Shown here one piece after another: positions 27,298-35,882 of a stretch of 64,000 bases of DNA. This stretch comes from Fibrobacteria bacterium (GTDB lineage Bacteria; Fibrobacterota; Fibrobacteria; UBA11236). The translations under genes were made by a program, and so were the position numbers. Each line of letters starts with the position of its first letter. The first letter of the stretch is position 1. The notes beneath the pieces were generated by a model. The model had not been told where the DNA came from. It saw only the letters and a program-made list of their open reading frames with translations, and made no database searches. The stretch is from positions 1 through 64,000 of the forward strand of contig JBGTHM010000034.1 of assembly GCA_041746255.1 (NCBI GenBank), given 5' to 3'.

Positions 27298-30183
27298 TTA
27301 GAGAACTGCGCCGGAATTCCGGAGATCCTCCAAGAGCATTTTCTCATATTTCGAAAAAACATCATTTCCGGCGATAAATTTGGCGAATACCCGCTCATAA
27401 AGATCTGGACGTTCCGCCAGGATGGATTTAATTGCCATGGCCCGGATGTACTGTAAGCTAAGATCGCTTACGTGTAATTCCTCCAAAATCTCCTCGATTA
27501 CCGCAGTAATGGCCTCGCGGTTTTTTCGATAGATATTGTCCAGCAATTGGAAGCGCAGCCGGTATTCGGGGGGTGTTGATGGCTGGAAAACCATTTCCCG
27601 ATAAAGGGAAACTACTCGGGAAGTATCCCACCTCTCCCTTGTCGGGCAGGGTGAGGCCAATTGGACGAATTTCTGTTCCGTTTGTTCCCAATTATAGGTG
27701 CTTTCGGCCATCGGGAGGATGTGGCGCAAAATAGAAGCCTCCACGGGGTCTTCCCAGCAGGAGCGTTCGATACTGCCTTTGACTCCTAAAAAGGGATGAA
27801 ATTCTTTTTCCTCGAAAATCTCCTGGTAATAGGCCAAGGATCCCGACAAGAAATCGAACAGGTCCACGTCGGATCCCAGGAAGAACGCTTTCTCGGCGCC
27901 GTTATCGACTAAAGGAAAAAAATCGGAGTTCGGCTGGTAATGCCGAAGGATGGGCTTTAACGTCCGGTTGGAAACGATAAAATTCTTCTCTCCGAAAAAA
28001 TCGGGTTCCAGCTGCAACAAATCCAAATCGCCTTTGACCCGGGGTTGATCGAACAAAGGCTCTTCATGCAAGGCGAAATAGCGGTCTCCGGCCAGGATGA
28101 GTATGTCTTCCGTTCCCGCCACTTGATATATTTCCACCCGCGAAAAAATATTATCCATGGCTTTCAGTATGTTCAATAGCAAGTCGGAGTTGAATTCATA
28201 TAGATGCATCCACTGCACCAACAACCCGTCTTCTGCAAGAAAGGGTTTGATATGCCGGTAAAACTCCTCCGTAAATAAACCCGATACCCCGCTGACCCAG
28301 GGATTGGAGGGTTCCGAAATAATCACATCGTAAATGTGGTTGCCGCGGTGAAAAAAGGTTTTGGCGTCTTCGATGATCAGGTTCACGCGCGGATCTTCGT
28401 ACGCCCTTTGATTAAAGGGCAGAAACCCTTTCGCCAAGCGGACCATTTCTTTTTCGATTTCAATCAAATCCAGTTTCCTTAACCTGTCGTCGCCGAGCAA
28501 ATGATGGGCGGTCATGCCGCTACCCATGCCGATAATCGCGGCGTCATAATTCTTGTTCATCACCGAAATCGGGACAATGGCCAGCGCCGCCTGGGTGATG
28601 GCGTCACCGAGCGTAGGGTTTTCATAACTGTTGGATAAACTGGCATCGGCCTTGCCGTTGGTTTTGATGACGTTCATATCCGAATAACTATGGAAAGAGA
28701 TGGTGGCGGTCCGTCCGTCGCGGACAAGGATGTTTTCTCCGCTGATATCGGTTTTCGGCGTACGGAAAAACCCGCCGGCGACGATGCCGGGGTTGAATTG
28801 CACCAGGAAAACCGGAATTACGGCAATAGCCGTCACCAGGGAGGCGGTACGGTGTCGAGAACCATTTTTGGGCAAAACGCTGAACACGGCGAAGCCCAAA
28901 GCGATATCGATAAAAGCACCTGCGGCTATGGTGAATTTAAGCTGGAAAAGCGGCATGAGAACCAGCCCGGCCAGCACGGCTCCGCTTATAGCGCCCAAGG
29001 TATTCCACCCGTAAATCGAACCGGTAAATTTCTCATCCCGCGAAATCCGTAAAGCGACATAGGTGAGAACCGGCAGGGTGATGCCCGCGAAAAAGCAGGC
29101 GGGGAACATCAGGAACAGGCTAAGCATATAGTTGAATAGACCTTGCAGGGCATAAGCGGAATCCGTCCTTTGCAAGACCAGGTGGGAAGAATTGACCGCC
29201 AGAAAAAAGGGCTTGTAAAGGTAAATGCTGCCGAGAGCCGAAATGCCCATGGCGATTTGCACCCATCCCAAAGCCGGCAAGGCATTGGCTCCCCGGCGCA
29301 AGATTTTCTGGGCGAATAATCCTCCCGCCGCCAATCCCAGAATAAAGGCCGAGACCATGATGTCGAAGGCATGCGTGGAGGAACCCAGCATAAGGCCCAG
29401 CAAGCGAATCCAGCCGATTTCATAAATGAAGGAAGCAAAGCCAGTGGTGAAACAAACAAACAGAAGAAAGAGGAGCATGCGGTTCGGGGAGAGCCGGTAG
29501 GCGGGAGAGGGTTGTCTGGCTTCAGGTGGCTTAACCACTGGGGCTTTGTTTGGGGCGAAGTCCGTTTTGGCAGCATAGCGGCTAACGCCGTAAAAGCATA
29601 GTGCCAGTAGGGTATTCCCCGTAGCCGCAACAGTCAGGGTACCGACTGTTCCCAAGTTGGGAATCAGATAATAGGAGGTAAAGAGAATTCCGGCCGCCGC
29701 TCCCAGGGAGTTGGTGAAATAAAGCCGGGGGAGGGTTTTTCTTCCCTGATCCCCGGCGATACGCATGACGCCGATGGCCAGGCAAGGGAAGGTCATGCCG
29801 AGGAGAATACAAACGGGGCCGATGCCGGCAACCGAGATTAATATTTTCACCGGGTTGTAGAAAACCGCGGAGAGCGATAAGGATTGGTTGAGGGTATAGA
29901 ATAGGCCGGTGGAAAAGAGGTAAATCTCATGGTAGAAGAAGCCCGCCAAGCCGACAAGGAATTCGATGGCGGCATAGGCGAGGAAGGGGTTACGCAGGCG
30001 TTTGACGAGTCGGCCCCCCAGCATGGCGCCTAAGCCCAGTCCGCCCATATAAATGGTCAAGGTCAGGAGCTGGCCGTAGGAGGAGTGCCCTAAAAAGAGC
30101 TTGAGATAGCGCGACCAGACGGCTTCATAAATGAGGCCGATAAACCCGGAAAAAATAAACAGCAGATAAACGATGCGTATCAT
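27298..30183 (-). CDS. Fused MFS-like membrane domain / spermidine-synthase-like SAM-binding protein
   Basis: Duplicated SGFIGLIYE / TGFASFIYE membrane repeats, NGKADAS, IIGMGSGMT and YDVIISEPSNPW. Confidence 0.85.
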   Translation of the reverse strand: MIRIVYLLFIFSGFIGLIYEAVWSRYLKLFLGHSSYGQLLTLTIYMGGLGLGAMLGGRLVKRLRNPFLAYAAIEFLVGLAGFFYHEIYLFSTGLFYTLNQSLSLSAVFYNPVKILISVAGIGPVCILLGMTFPCLAIGVMRIAGDQGRKTLPRLYFTNSLGAAAGILFTSYYLIPNLGTVGTLTVAATGNTLLALCFYGVSRYAAKTDFAPNKAPVVKPPEARQPSPAYRLSPNRMLLFLLFVCFTTGFASFIYEIGWIRLLGLMLGSSTHAFDIMVSAFILGLAAGGLFAQKILRRGANALPALGWVQIAMGISALGSIYLYKPFFLAVNSSHLVLQRTDSAYALQGLFNYMLSLFLMFPACFFAGITLPVLTYVALRISRDEKFTGSIYGWNTLGAISGAVLAGLVLMPLFQLKFTIAAGAFIDIALGFAVFSVLPKNGSRHRTASLVTAIAVIPVFLVQFNPGIVAGGFFRTPKTDISGENILVRDGRTATISFHSYSDMNVIKTNGKADASLSNSYENPTLGDAITQAALAIVPISVMNKNYDAAIIGMGSGMTAHHLLGDDRLRKLDLIEIEKEMVRLAKGFLPFNQRAYEDPRVNLIIEDAKTFFHRGNHIYDVIISEPSNPWVSGVSGLFTEEFYRHIKPFLAEDGLLVQWMHLYEFNSDLLLNILKAMDNIFSRVEIYQVAGTEDILILAGDRYFALHEEPLFDQPRVKGDLDLLQLEPDFFGEKNFIVSNRTLKPILRHYQPNSDFFPLVDNGAEKAFFLGSDVDLFDFLSGSLAYYQEIFEEKEFHPFLGVKGSIERSCWEDPVEASILRHILPMAESTYNWEQTEQKFVQLASPCPTRERWDTSRVVSLYREMVFQPSTPPEYRLRFQLLDNIYRKNREAITAVIEEILEELHVSDLSLQYIRAMAIKSILAERPDLYERVFAKFIAGNDVFSKYEKMLLEDLRNSGAVL

Positions 30184-30289
30184 GAAAGGCCTGGATAGGA
30201 TGATTTAGTAAAATGGGTGGGGGTTTATCCATTGAGTGAAGATATTTGCCGGATTGGGGAGGGCTAGGTATGTGGATATAGAGGAAATG

Positions 30290-30325
30290 AAAAAGCCGGC
30301 TGCCAAGGGGGCAGTCGGCTTTTTT
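30290..30325. terminator. Bidirectional-type Rho-independent terminator downstream of the pilin gene
   Basis: AAAAAGCCGGCTGCC-loop-GGCAGTCGGCTTTTTT. Confidence 0.8.
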
Positions 30326-30342
30326 CTTTACTGAATCTAGAG

Positions 30343-30756
30343 TTAGTTGAAATTGGGCATCAAAGTTGTGCAATCGCCTGCATCACGAGTAAAATCCACG
30401 TCCCCGTCGGCCAATGCACCCACAGTTTCTACTACAGAAGTGGCTACGCAGGTTGCATCCAGATTGCTGGTCGCTTCGGCCGATAAAGTGCCTGCCACGG
30501 TAGCATCATAGGTCCACCAGTTTGAATTGGCAGTGGGATCAGAGAATCCAATTTGAATGCCAGTACCCAGTGCACCCGTTTCCTGGACAAAAGCAGATTG
30601 TAGGGTTTCATAGTTTGCGGCAATCGTCGGCACTTCAGCGCCCTTCGCTTTGGCGCTCACACCGATCATACGGGGAATGGCCAGAGCGGACAAGATACCA
30701 ATGATTACGATAACGACCATCAGCTCGATAAGTGTAAAACCTTTTTGTGAATTCAT
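30343..30756 (-). CDS. pilA: Type IV pilin, probable major pilin
   Basis: Prepilin site KG/FTLIELMVVIVIIGIL, two C-terminal Cys, strong SD (AAGGAG), its own terminator and a sigma54 promoter. Confidence 0.85.
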   Translation of the reverse strand: MNSQKGFTLIELMVVIVIIGILSALAIPRMIGVSAKAKGAEVPTIAANYETLQSAFVQETGALGTGIQIGFSDPTANSNWWTYDATVAGTLSAEATSNLDATCVATSVVETVGALADGDVDFTRDAGDCTTLMPNFN

Positions 30757-30839
30757 TTTTCTTCTCCTTGGAATGTTGGGGTCTCTTCAAAAAAGCCTGG
30801 ATGCTCCCATCTTAAGCTTTTTTCTGAAGACATGCAAGC

Positions 30840-30855
30840 GCAAGCATCGTGCCGG
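30840..30855 (-). promoter_or_regulatory. sigma54 (-24/-12) promoter of the pilin gene
   Basis: Minus strand CCGGCACGATGCTTGC matches (T)GGCACG-N4-TTGC with GG-N10-GC spacing, about 85 nt upstream of the ATG. Confidence 0.75.
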
Positions 30856-30983
30856 AAACTTAAAGTGCAAATTAACCCTATTTTTGACGGTAGAACTTTC
30901 AAAAAACCCAGAGTTCTCTTAAATCCCATGCCGATTTTTCGCGTTTTGCGAACACCTTCATGGAATTTTGCAAACAACCAGCC

Positions 30984-31829
30984 TCATTTTGGAGGATTTT
31001 CAGTGTCGGGTGGAATCTGTATGCCTAAGGCTTCGAATAGTCTGCTTCCCTGGGGTGAAAGGGTTCCACTTAAATATTGGTGGATGAGACCCAGACCCAT
31101 CATTTCCGATCGTGGCTCCGCCTTCACTTCCGTTAGAATTTTTTCGATTAGCTGGCGTTGTCGGTCCTTTGGTGGATTATCTTCTTGATAGAGTTTGATA
31201 ATCCGTTCTATCAGGATTTCCCCATGCATGGGGTTGGTGTTGCTTTTATAATTATCCACTAAAAACGCTAGTGCCATACGCCGATCCCCGCCTTTGTTGC
31301 GAAACGATGCGGCCAGGGTTTTAATATGCGTCGGAACATTCGGTTGGGTTAAAACCGGTTCCAAATATTCCGAGGCTTTGAGGTAATTGGAGTCCAACTT
31401 AACCTGGGCCAACGCTAAATAGAGTCTGAGGCGCCACGCCTCCGGAAATTCGTAAACTCCCCTTTCCAGGATTCCCATGGCCGTGGGTATTTGTTCCTTG
31501 TCCCGGGTCAATATCACTCCGGCAAATTCATAAACCGATTCCATGCGCGGGTTCAATGTCGTCGCCACATCCAAGATATGGCCAAGCCAGGCATAGCCTT
31601 TTTCCAGAAAATAGGCGTCAGCGAAATAGGTCATTCCTTTTACTATCAGCAGACTCCCCGCCGCTTCATCGAAATCCAGCACCATGGGTTTAAGGAATTT
31701 GCCGGAAGGGAGGTAGGTGAATTGGTCCTGGAACCAGTCCTCCGGTTTGGTGGAGTCGATGCCTTTCAAAATCCGGGTGGAGCCGAAAAGCAGGAGTCCT
31801 ATTATGAATATGCCTAGGGCCGTGCGCAT
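30984..31829 (-). CDS. Membrane-anchored TPR-like protein next to the pilin gene
   Basis: N-terminal TM, YLPSGKFLKPMVL and helical repeats (ATTLNPR...YEFAG...ILERG...PEAWRL). Confidence 0.6.
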   Translation of the reverse strand: MRTALGIFIIGLLLFGSTRILKGIDSTKPEDWFQDQFTYLPSGKFLKPMVLDFDEAAGSLLIVKGMTYFADAYFLEKGYAWLGHILDVATTLNPRMESVYEFAGVILTRDKEQIPTAMGILERGVYEFPEAWRLRLYLALAQVKLDSNYLKASEYLEPVLTQPNVPTHIKTLAASFRNKGGDRRMALAFLVDNYKSNTNPMHGEILIERIIKLYQEDNPPKDRQRQLIEKILTEVKAEPRSEMMGLGLIHQYLSGTLSPQGSRLFEALGIQIPPDTENPPK

Positions 31830-31898
31830 GGTGGTATTTTGCCAAATCGTAGGTGCAATTGCCAACTAAACCTCAATTCGAGGAGCTTCCAGGCAATT

Positions 31899-32300
31899 TT
31901 ACTTCAGCAATTGGAAAAGGGTTTTTTCGCGGGAAGCCTTGCGATCAAATGTCAGCGTGTATTCACAGCGATGGGCGCGCGCGGATATCCCTATCAGGAG
32001 GTCCGATAAATCACAATTTGACCGGGTGGCTATGGATAGCAAATCTTCCACGGTATCGGGGTTCTCAAAATCAAGCAGGGGAAGGGCGAGCATTTTTTCG
32101 ACTGCCATCAGAATTTCTTTCCGGGGGTATTCATAAAGCGATTCTAAAACCCATAACAATTCCAGCAGGACGACTTGGCCGACATGAAATCGCTCTCCTT
32201 TTTCCTGAGCAGAGTGGAATAGGGTTTTTACCTGATGCGCCTGGTCCGCATCATCCTCCGTGAGGAAGCGCACCAGGATATCAGTGTCCAGGGCCTTCAT
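31899..32300 (-). CDS. vapC: VapC-like PIN-domain toxin
   Basis: ALDTDILVRFL, VLLELLWVL, DLSDLLIG and TLTFDRKA. Confidence 0.88.
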   Translation of the reverse strand: MKALDTDILVRFLTEDDADQAHQVKTLFHSAQEKGERFHVGQVVLLELLWVLESLYEYPRKEILMAVEKMLALPLLDFENPDTVEDLLSIATRSNCDLSDLLIGISARAHRCEYTLTFDRKASREKTLFQLLK

Positions 32301-32542
32301 TCGGTTTTGCGAAACCGATTCGCGAGGGCTTGATTCATTTCTTCCACGGTAAAGCCTGGTTTGCCCGGTCGTTTCAAAATGCCCGAAACATCGTCCACCG
32401 CAAGAGAAATGGGCGAAATTCGGATGTCGCCCTCATGGGTGACTTTAAACTCTAGGCGTTTCCCGGCTCGTAAATGGAATTTCTCCCGTATGGAGTGGGG
32501 TATTGTGATTTGTCCCTTGGAGGTAAGTGTAGCGTAAGGCAT
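32297..32542 (-). CDS. AbrB/MazE/SpoVT family antitoxin
   Basis: ATLTSKGQITIP...IREKFHL; ATGA overlap with vapC. Confidence 0.9.
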   Translation of the reverse strand: MPYATLTSKGQITIPHSIREKFHLRAGKRLEFKVTHEGDIRISPISLAVDDVSGILKRPGKPGFTVEEMNQALANRFRKTE

Positions 32543-32553
32543 ATAGGCTCCGT

Positions 32554-32575
32554 TTCCTTACTCTAAGGTAAGGAA
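32554..32575. promoter_or_regulatory. Perfect palindrome upstream of the antitoxin (TA operator)
   Basis: TTCCTTAC-TCTAAG-GTAAGGAA. Confidence 0.7.
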
Positions 32576-32813
32576 GACTACTTGGAAAGTCAAGCCCGAT
32601 GCAGGTATACTCAAATTGCGGATAGTTGTTTTACGCCAATTTCGGCAATTTTGGCACATTTTTGGCGATTTCAGCCTGATTTAGGGGTACTCAATTTGAG
32701 CATAGGTGAATCAGGGGGAGGTGCCTCAGAAGTCGCCATTGGGTAAAAAACGGTACTTTTCCCGATTGCGGGCTGTGCGAAATAATGAAGAGGCGCGTTT
32801 TTCCAATCTTAGC

Positions 32814-32850
32814 TATGCAAATTACACGATTAAATCGTATATTTTGCATA
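32814..32850 (+). promoter_or_regulatory. 37-bp near-perfect palindrome containing a leaderless promoter
   Basis: TATGCAAATTACACGATTAAATCGTATATTTTGCATA directly before the ATG; ATGCAA-17-TATATT-7-ATG. Confidence 0.7.
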
Positions 32851-34020
32851 ATGACCTGGATTACCCGACATCTTGAATCCACGGTTCTGCAACTTTCTCA
32901 GCAGCGCCCCGGAGTAGTGATAACCGGCGCCCGGCAAACTGGGAAAACCTCATTGGCTCGTCAGCTTTTTCCCGACCATGCCTTCGTATCACTGGACTTG
33001 CCCAGCGAAGCCGAACAGGCGGAGCGCGACCCTTCCACTTTTCTCCGCCGTCACCCTCCGCCCCTGGTGGTTGACGAGGTTCAATATGCTCCCGGGCTCT
33101 TCCGCCACTTGAAAGTTGAAATCGATAAGCACCGCGATAAAAACGGGCAATTCATTCTGACAGGTTCGCAGAAGCCTGCCTTGATGCAGGGGGTATCCGA
33201 ATCCCTGGCCGGCCGAGTCGGTATGGTGGAACTGGAAGGGTGCTCTTTGGAGGAACTCCGACTGGCCGGAGTCGAGGTGACACCGGAAGCGGCGGCTGTG
33301 CGCGGAGGAATGCCAGAGCTCTGGGAGAAGCCGGATCTACATGCTGCAGAATTCCATCGCTCCTATACAACCACTTACCTTGAACGTGATTTGCGCGCAT
33401 TGCTCGATGTTGGGAGCCTCAGGGACTTTGAGCGTTTTCTCCGGGCCTGCGCCTTGCGGTCCGCACAAATTCTCAATAAGGTGGATCTGGCCCGGGATAT
33501 CGGCATGAGTCCCTCGACGGTTTCGGCCTGGATATCGGTGTTGGAGGCATCGAATCAGATTTGCCTGTTGGAGCCCTGGTTTTCCAATCGTACGAAATCG
33601 CTGGTAAAATCACCCAAACTCTATCTCTGTGATTCCGGTTTACTCTGTTATTTACTGGGTATCGATAACGTTGATGATTTGATTGAATCGCCTTACCGCG
33701 GGGCGGTTTGGGAAACCTTTGTGTGCGCGGAGCTCCGTAAAAAAATGCGCTTGGGCGGCAGAGGGGAACTCTTTTTTTGGCGTGATCGCACCAAGGAAGT
33801 GGACTTCCTTATTCATAAAGCGGGGGGATTCGAATTACTGGACGCCAAATGGTCGGAGCATCCCGATGCGAAGGATGGCGATATTCTGGCACGTGTTGCG
33901 GAAACGCTACCTGAGAACGCCGTTAAACGAATGGCATTGATTTGCCGGAGTCCCAATGCCTATCCCTTGCCTCCGAAACGCGACTTCGCAATCCAAGCCG
34001 TCCCGGTATGGGAGGCTTAG
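32851..34020 (+). CDS. AAA_14 ATPase + DUF4143 protein, copy 2
   Basis: GARQTGKT, VDEVQ, ESLAGR, YLERDL, KSPKLY and EVDFL...LDAKWS. Start set at MTWITR. Confidence 0.9.
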   Translation: MTWITRHLESTVLQLSQQRPGVVITGARQTGKTSLARQLFPDHAFVSLDLPSEAEQAERDPSTFLRRHPPPLVVDEVQYAPGLFRHLKVEIDKHRDKNGQFILTGSQKPALMQGVSESLAGRVGMVELEGCSLEELRLAGVEVTPEAAAVRGGMPELWEKPDLHAAEFHRSYTTTYLERDLRALLDVGSLRDFERFLRACALRSAQILNKVDLARDIGMSPSTVSAWISVLEASNQICLLEPWFSNRTKSLVKSPKLYLCDSGLLCYLLGIDNVDDLIESPYRGAVWETFVCAELRKKMRLGGRGELFFWRDRTKEVDFLIHKAGGFELLDAKWSEHPDAKDGDILARVAETLPENAVKRMALICRSPNAYPLPPKRDFAIQAVPVWEA

Positions 34021-34042
34021 GGATCAAAGGCCTTATTCTCCC

Positions 34043-35077
34043 TCATGGCCCGCCATCCTGACAGCACCGGAATCCCACCACCGGATAGCTGTTCTGCGGG
34101 TAGAAACTGTATTTCGAAAATCCACAAGAGCCCTCGTTGCCCGCACTCCAATGCCCTCCCGCCACCATGAAAAACCCGGCGCGCTCCGTGGATTCCGTCG
34201 ACGTCCATTCCCACACGTTTCCCGTCATATCGAAAGTTCCGTAATAAGAGCGGCAGGCGGGAAAGCGGCCCGAGCGCTGCGCCGTCCGCTCCTTGGCGGG
34301 GCAATAGTTTTCATTGTAACGGTTTCCGTAGGGGTAACGCTCACGTGCCGGGCCTTCGCATACCGACCTCCACTCGTTCAGAGAACACAAACGTTTCCCC
34401 GCCAAAGCGCAGGAGTCGCGGGCCTCGGCTTGGTTGACGAAAGTGCGCGGCAGCTCCCCCGTGAGATTGGGCCATTCGAAAATATCCATGCACACCGTTT
34501 TGCCGTCCTTCTCGAAAGGCATCATATTCTTGGCGCATAATCCCGGGTCGCGCTCGATGGTGTATTTGATGAGCACGGGTTCGACTTGGCGGTTGCGCGT
34601 GTCGAGCCCCGAAAGCCATAGCGAAGCATTACGCCTCAAAATCAATGGCTCCGAATAGGTTTTGAAATTGATGCTGTCTTCGAGCGAATACAGGATGAGA
34701 CAATCTTCGCGGCAATGCAATTGCACCACCACCGAATCGAAATGACGGCCGCCCCAGGGATCGGCGTAGATATAAGGGAGTACGGTATCCTCGACCACGG
34801 GAATCTCCACCGGGGGTGGCGAAGGTGGTCGTGGCGGCGGTAAAGGTTGTGGCGTGGGAGCCTCGACTTCAAAGGCCGGCATGGGCACCGTGAGAATGGG
34901 AGGCGTTCCCGGAGCGGGCACCAAAGTCACTTCTTCGGGCGGTGCCGGGGGCTCCGGGGGGCAGCCGCGTAACCAGAGGAGGGCCAGCAAGACCACCAGT
35001 AAAATACCCAGTCCCACCACGGCCTTCCGCATGCGGCTTTTGCGGGTGTCGGGGTTGCGGGGTTGCTTTTCTGCCAC
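34043..35077 (-). CDS. Formylglycine-generating-enzyme (SUMF1/FGE-sulfatase) domain protein with a TM anchor, Pro-rich linker and small beta-sandwich
   Basis: KRLCSLNEW, YPYG, FDMTGNVWEW and GFRCC; PPEPPAPP-type linker. Confidence 0.8.
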   Translation of the reverse strand: MAEKQPRNPDTRKSRMRKAVVGLGILLVVLLALLWLRGCPPEPPAPPEEVTLVPAPGTPPILTVPMPAFEVEAPTPQPLPPPRPPSPPPVEIPVVEDTVLPYIYADPWGGRHFDSVVVQLHCREDCLILYSLEDSINFKTYSEPLILRRNASLWLSGLDTRNRQVEPVLIKYTIERDPGLCAKNMMPFEKDGKTVCMDIFEWPNLTGELPRTFVNQAEARDSCALAGKRLCSLNEWRSVCEGPARERYPYGNRYNENYCPAKERTAQRSGRFPACRSYYGTFDMTGNVWEWTSTESTERAGFFMVAGGHWSAGNEGSCGFSKYSFYPQNSYPVVGFRCCQDGGP

Positions 35078-35148
35078 GGCTCTAATTCCAATCCGTCAGC
35101 AAAATAGCAAAGCGGGCTCGAATAGCTCGCAATGGTTATTTTTAGGTC

Positions 35149-35622
35149 ATGCTAAGGGAACAAGCCGAAAATTTCATCTCCGATTACGCCTCCTCCGAGC
35201 ATTTTCTCTTCCTCGAGGGAGGGCTCAAGGATAGCGCCGAATCCATTCTCCTGGCCTTTTTCCGGCAGGGGGAGTCACTCGGAGTAACCGAGCTGGAAGC
35301 CTTACGCGCGCGTCAGGTGGAAGAAATCCTGCTTGGCCCGATGTCTCGGCTCGACGTGCCCGTTTCGGTCAAAAAGGGAATACCCCAAATTCTGGACGGG
35401 TTTTTCACCTATCTCGATCGCAGCGGACGTTTTCCTCCCGCCGCGGCTTGGCAAATGTGCGTCGAAGCCGTATCCGACAAGTTCCGGTCGGCGATTCGCG
35501 AAGACGGCACCGTCAAAGGGGAGACCTTCACGAAGAAATACACCGACGTGGGCCGCAACGATCCCTGCCCCTGCGGGAGCGGGCGCAAGTTCAAGAAATG
35601 TTGCATGGAGTTGATTCGTTAA
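35149..35622 (+). CDS. SEC-C metal-binding motif protein
   Basis: C-terminal [18 protein letters not shown]. Confidence 0.88.
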   Translation: MLREQAENFISDYASSEHFLFLEGGLKDSAESILLAFFRQGESLGVTELEALRARQVEEILLGPMSRLDVPVSVKKGIPQILDGFFTYLDRSGRFPPAAAWQMCVEAVSDKFRSAIREDGTVKGETFTKKYTDVGRNDPCPCGSGRKFKKCCMELIR

Positions 35623-35735
35623 CAGATTCGTTAGAAGGGCGCGCATCCCGGCCAGGTTCCGGGCCATGGAGCCGGGGCTTTCCGGGCCCCGCCTAGTTGA
35701 CAATTATCCAGGCTTTTCGGAACTTTACGGGCCTT

Positions 35736-35819
35736 GCCTGGGTGGTGAAATTGGTAGACACGCAAGATACAGGATCTTGTGACCGCAAGGTTGTAGGAGT
35801 TCGAGTCTCCTCCCGGGCA
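35736..35819 (+). tRNA. tRNA-Leu(CAG) with non-canonical A33; CCA not encoded
   Basis: Acceptor GCCTGGG/CCCGGGC with A73, D-loop GGTA, anticodon stem CAAGA/TCTTG with loop TACAGGA, long variable arm, T-arm AGGAG-TTCGAGT-CTCCT. TTGACA at 35697. Confidence 0.92.
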
Positions 35820-35882
35820 TTAACCCTTCGAAAAATCTGCTCTCAACGCCCAACGGGTCAGCCATTTCCCCGATTCTCCGTG

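Noticed and set aside
27298..30183. Canonical speE spermidine synthase
   Set aside because: Large membrane fusion and an altered acidic catalytic motif, so no gene symbol was assigned.
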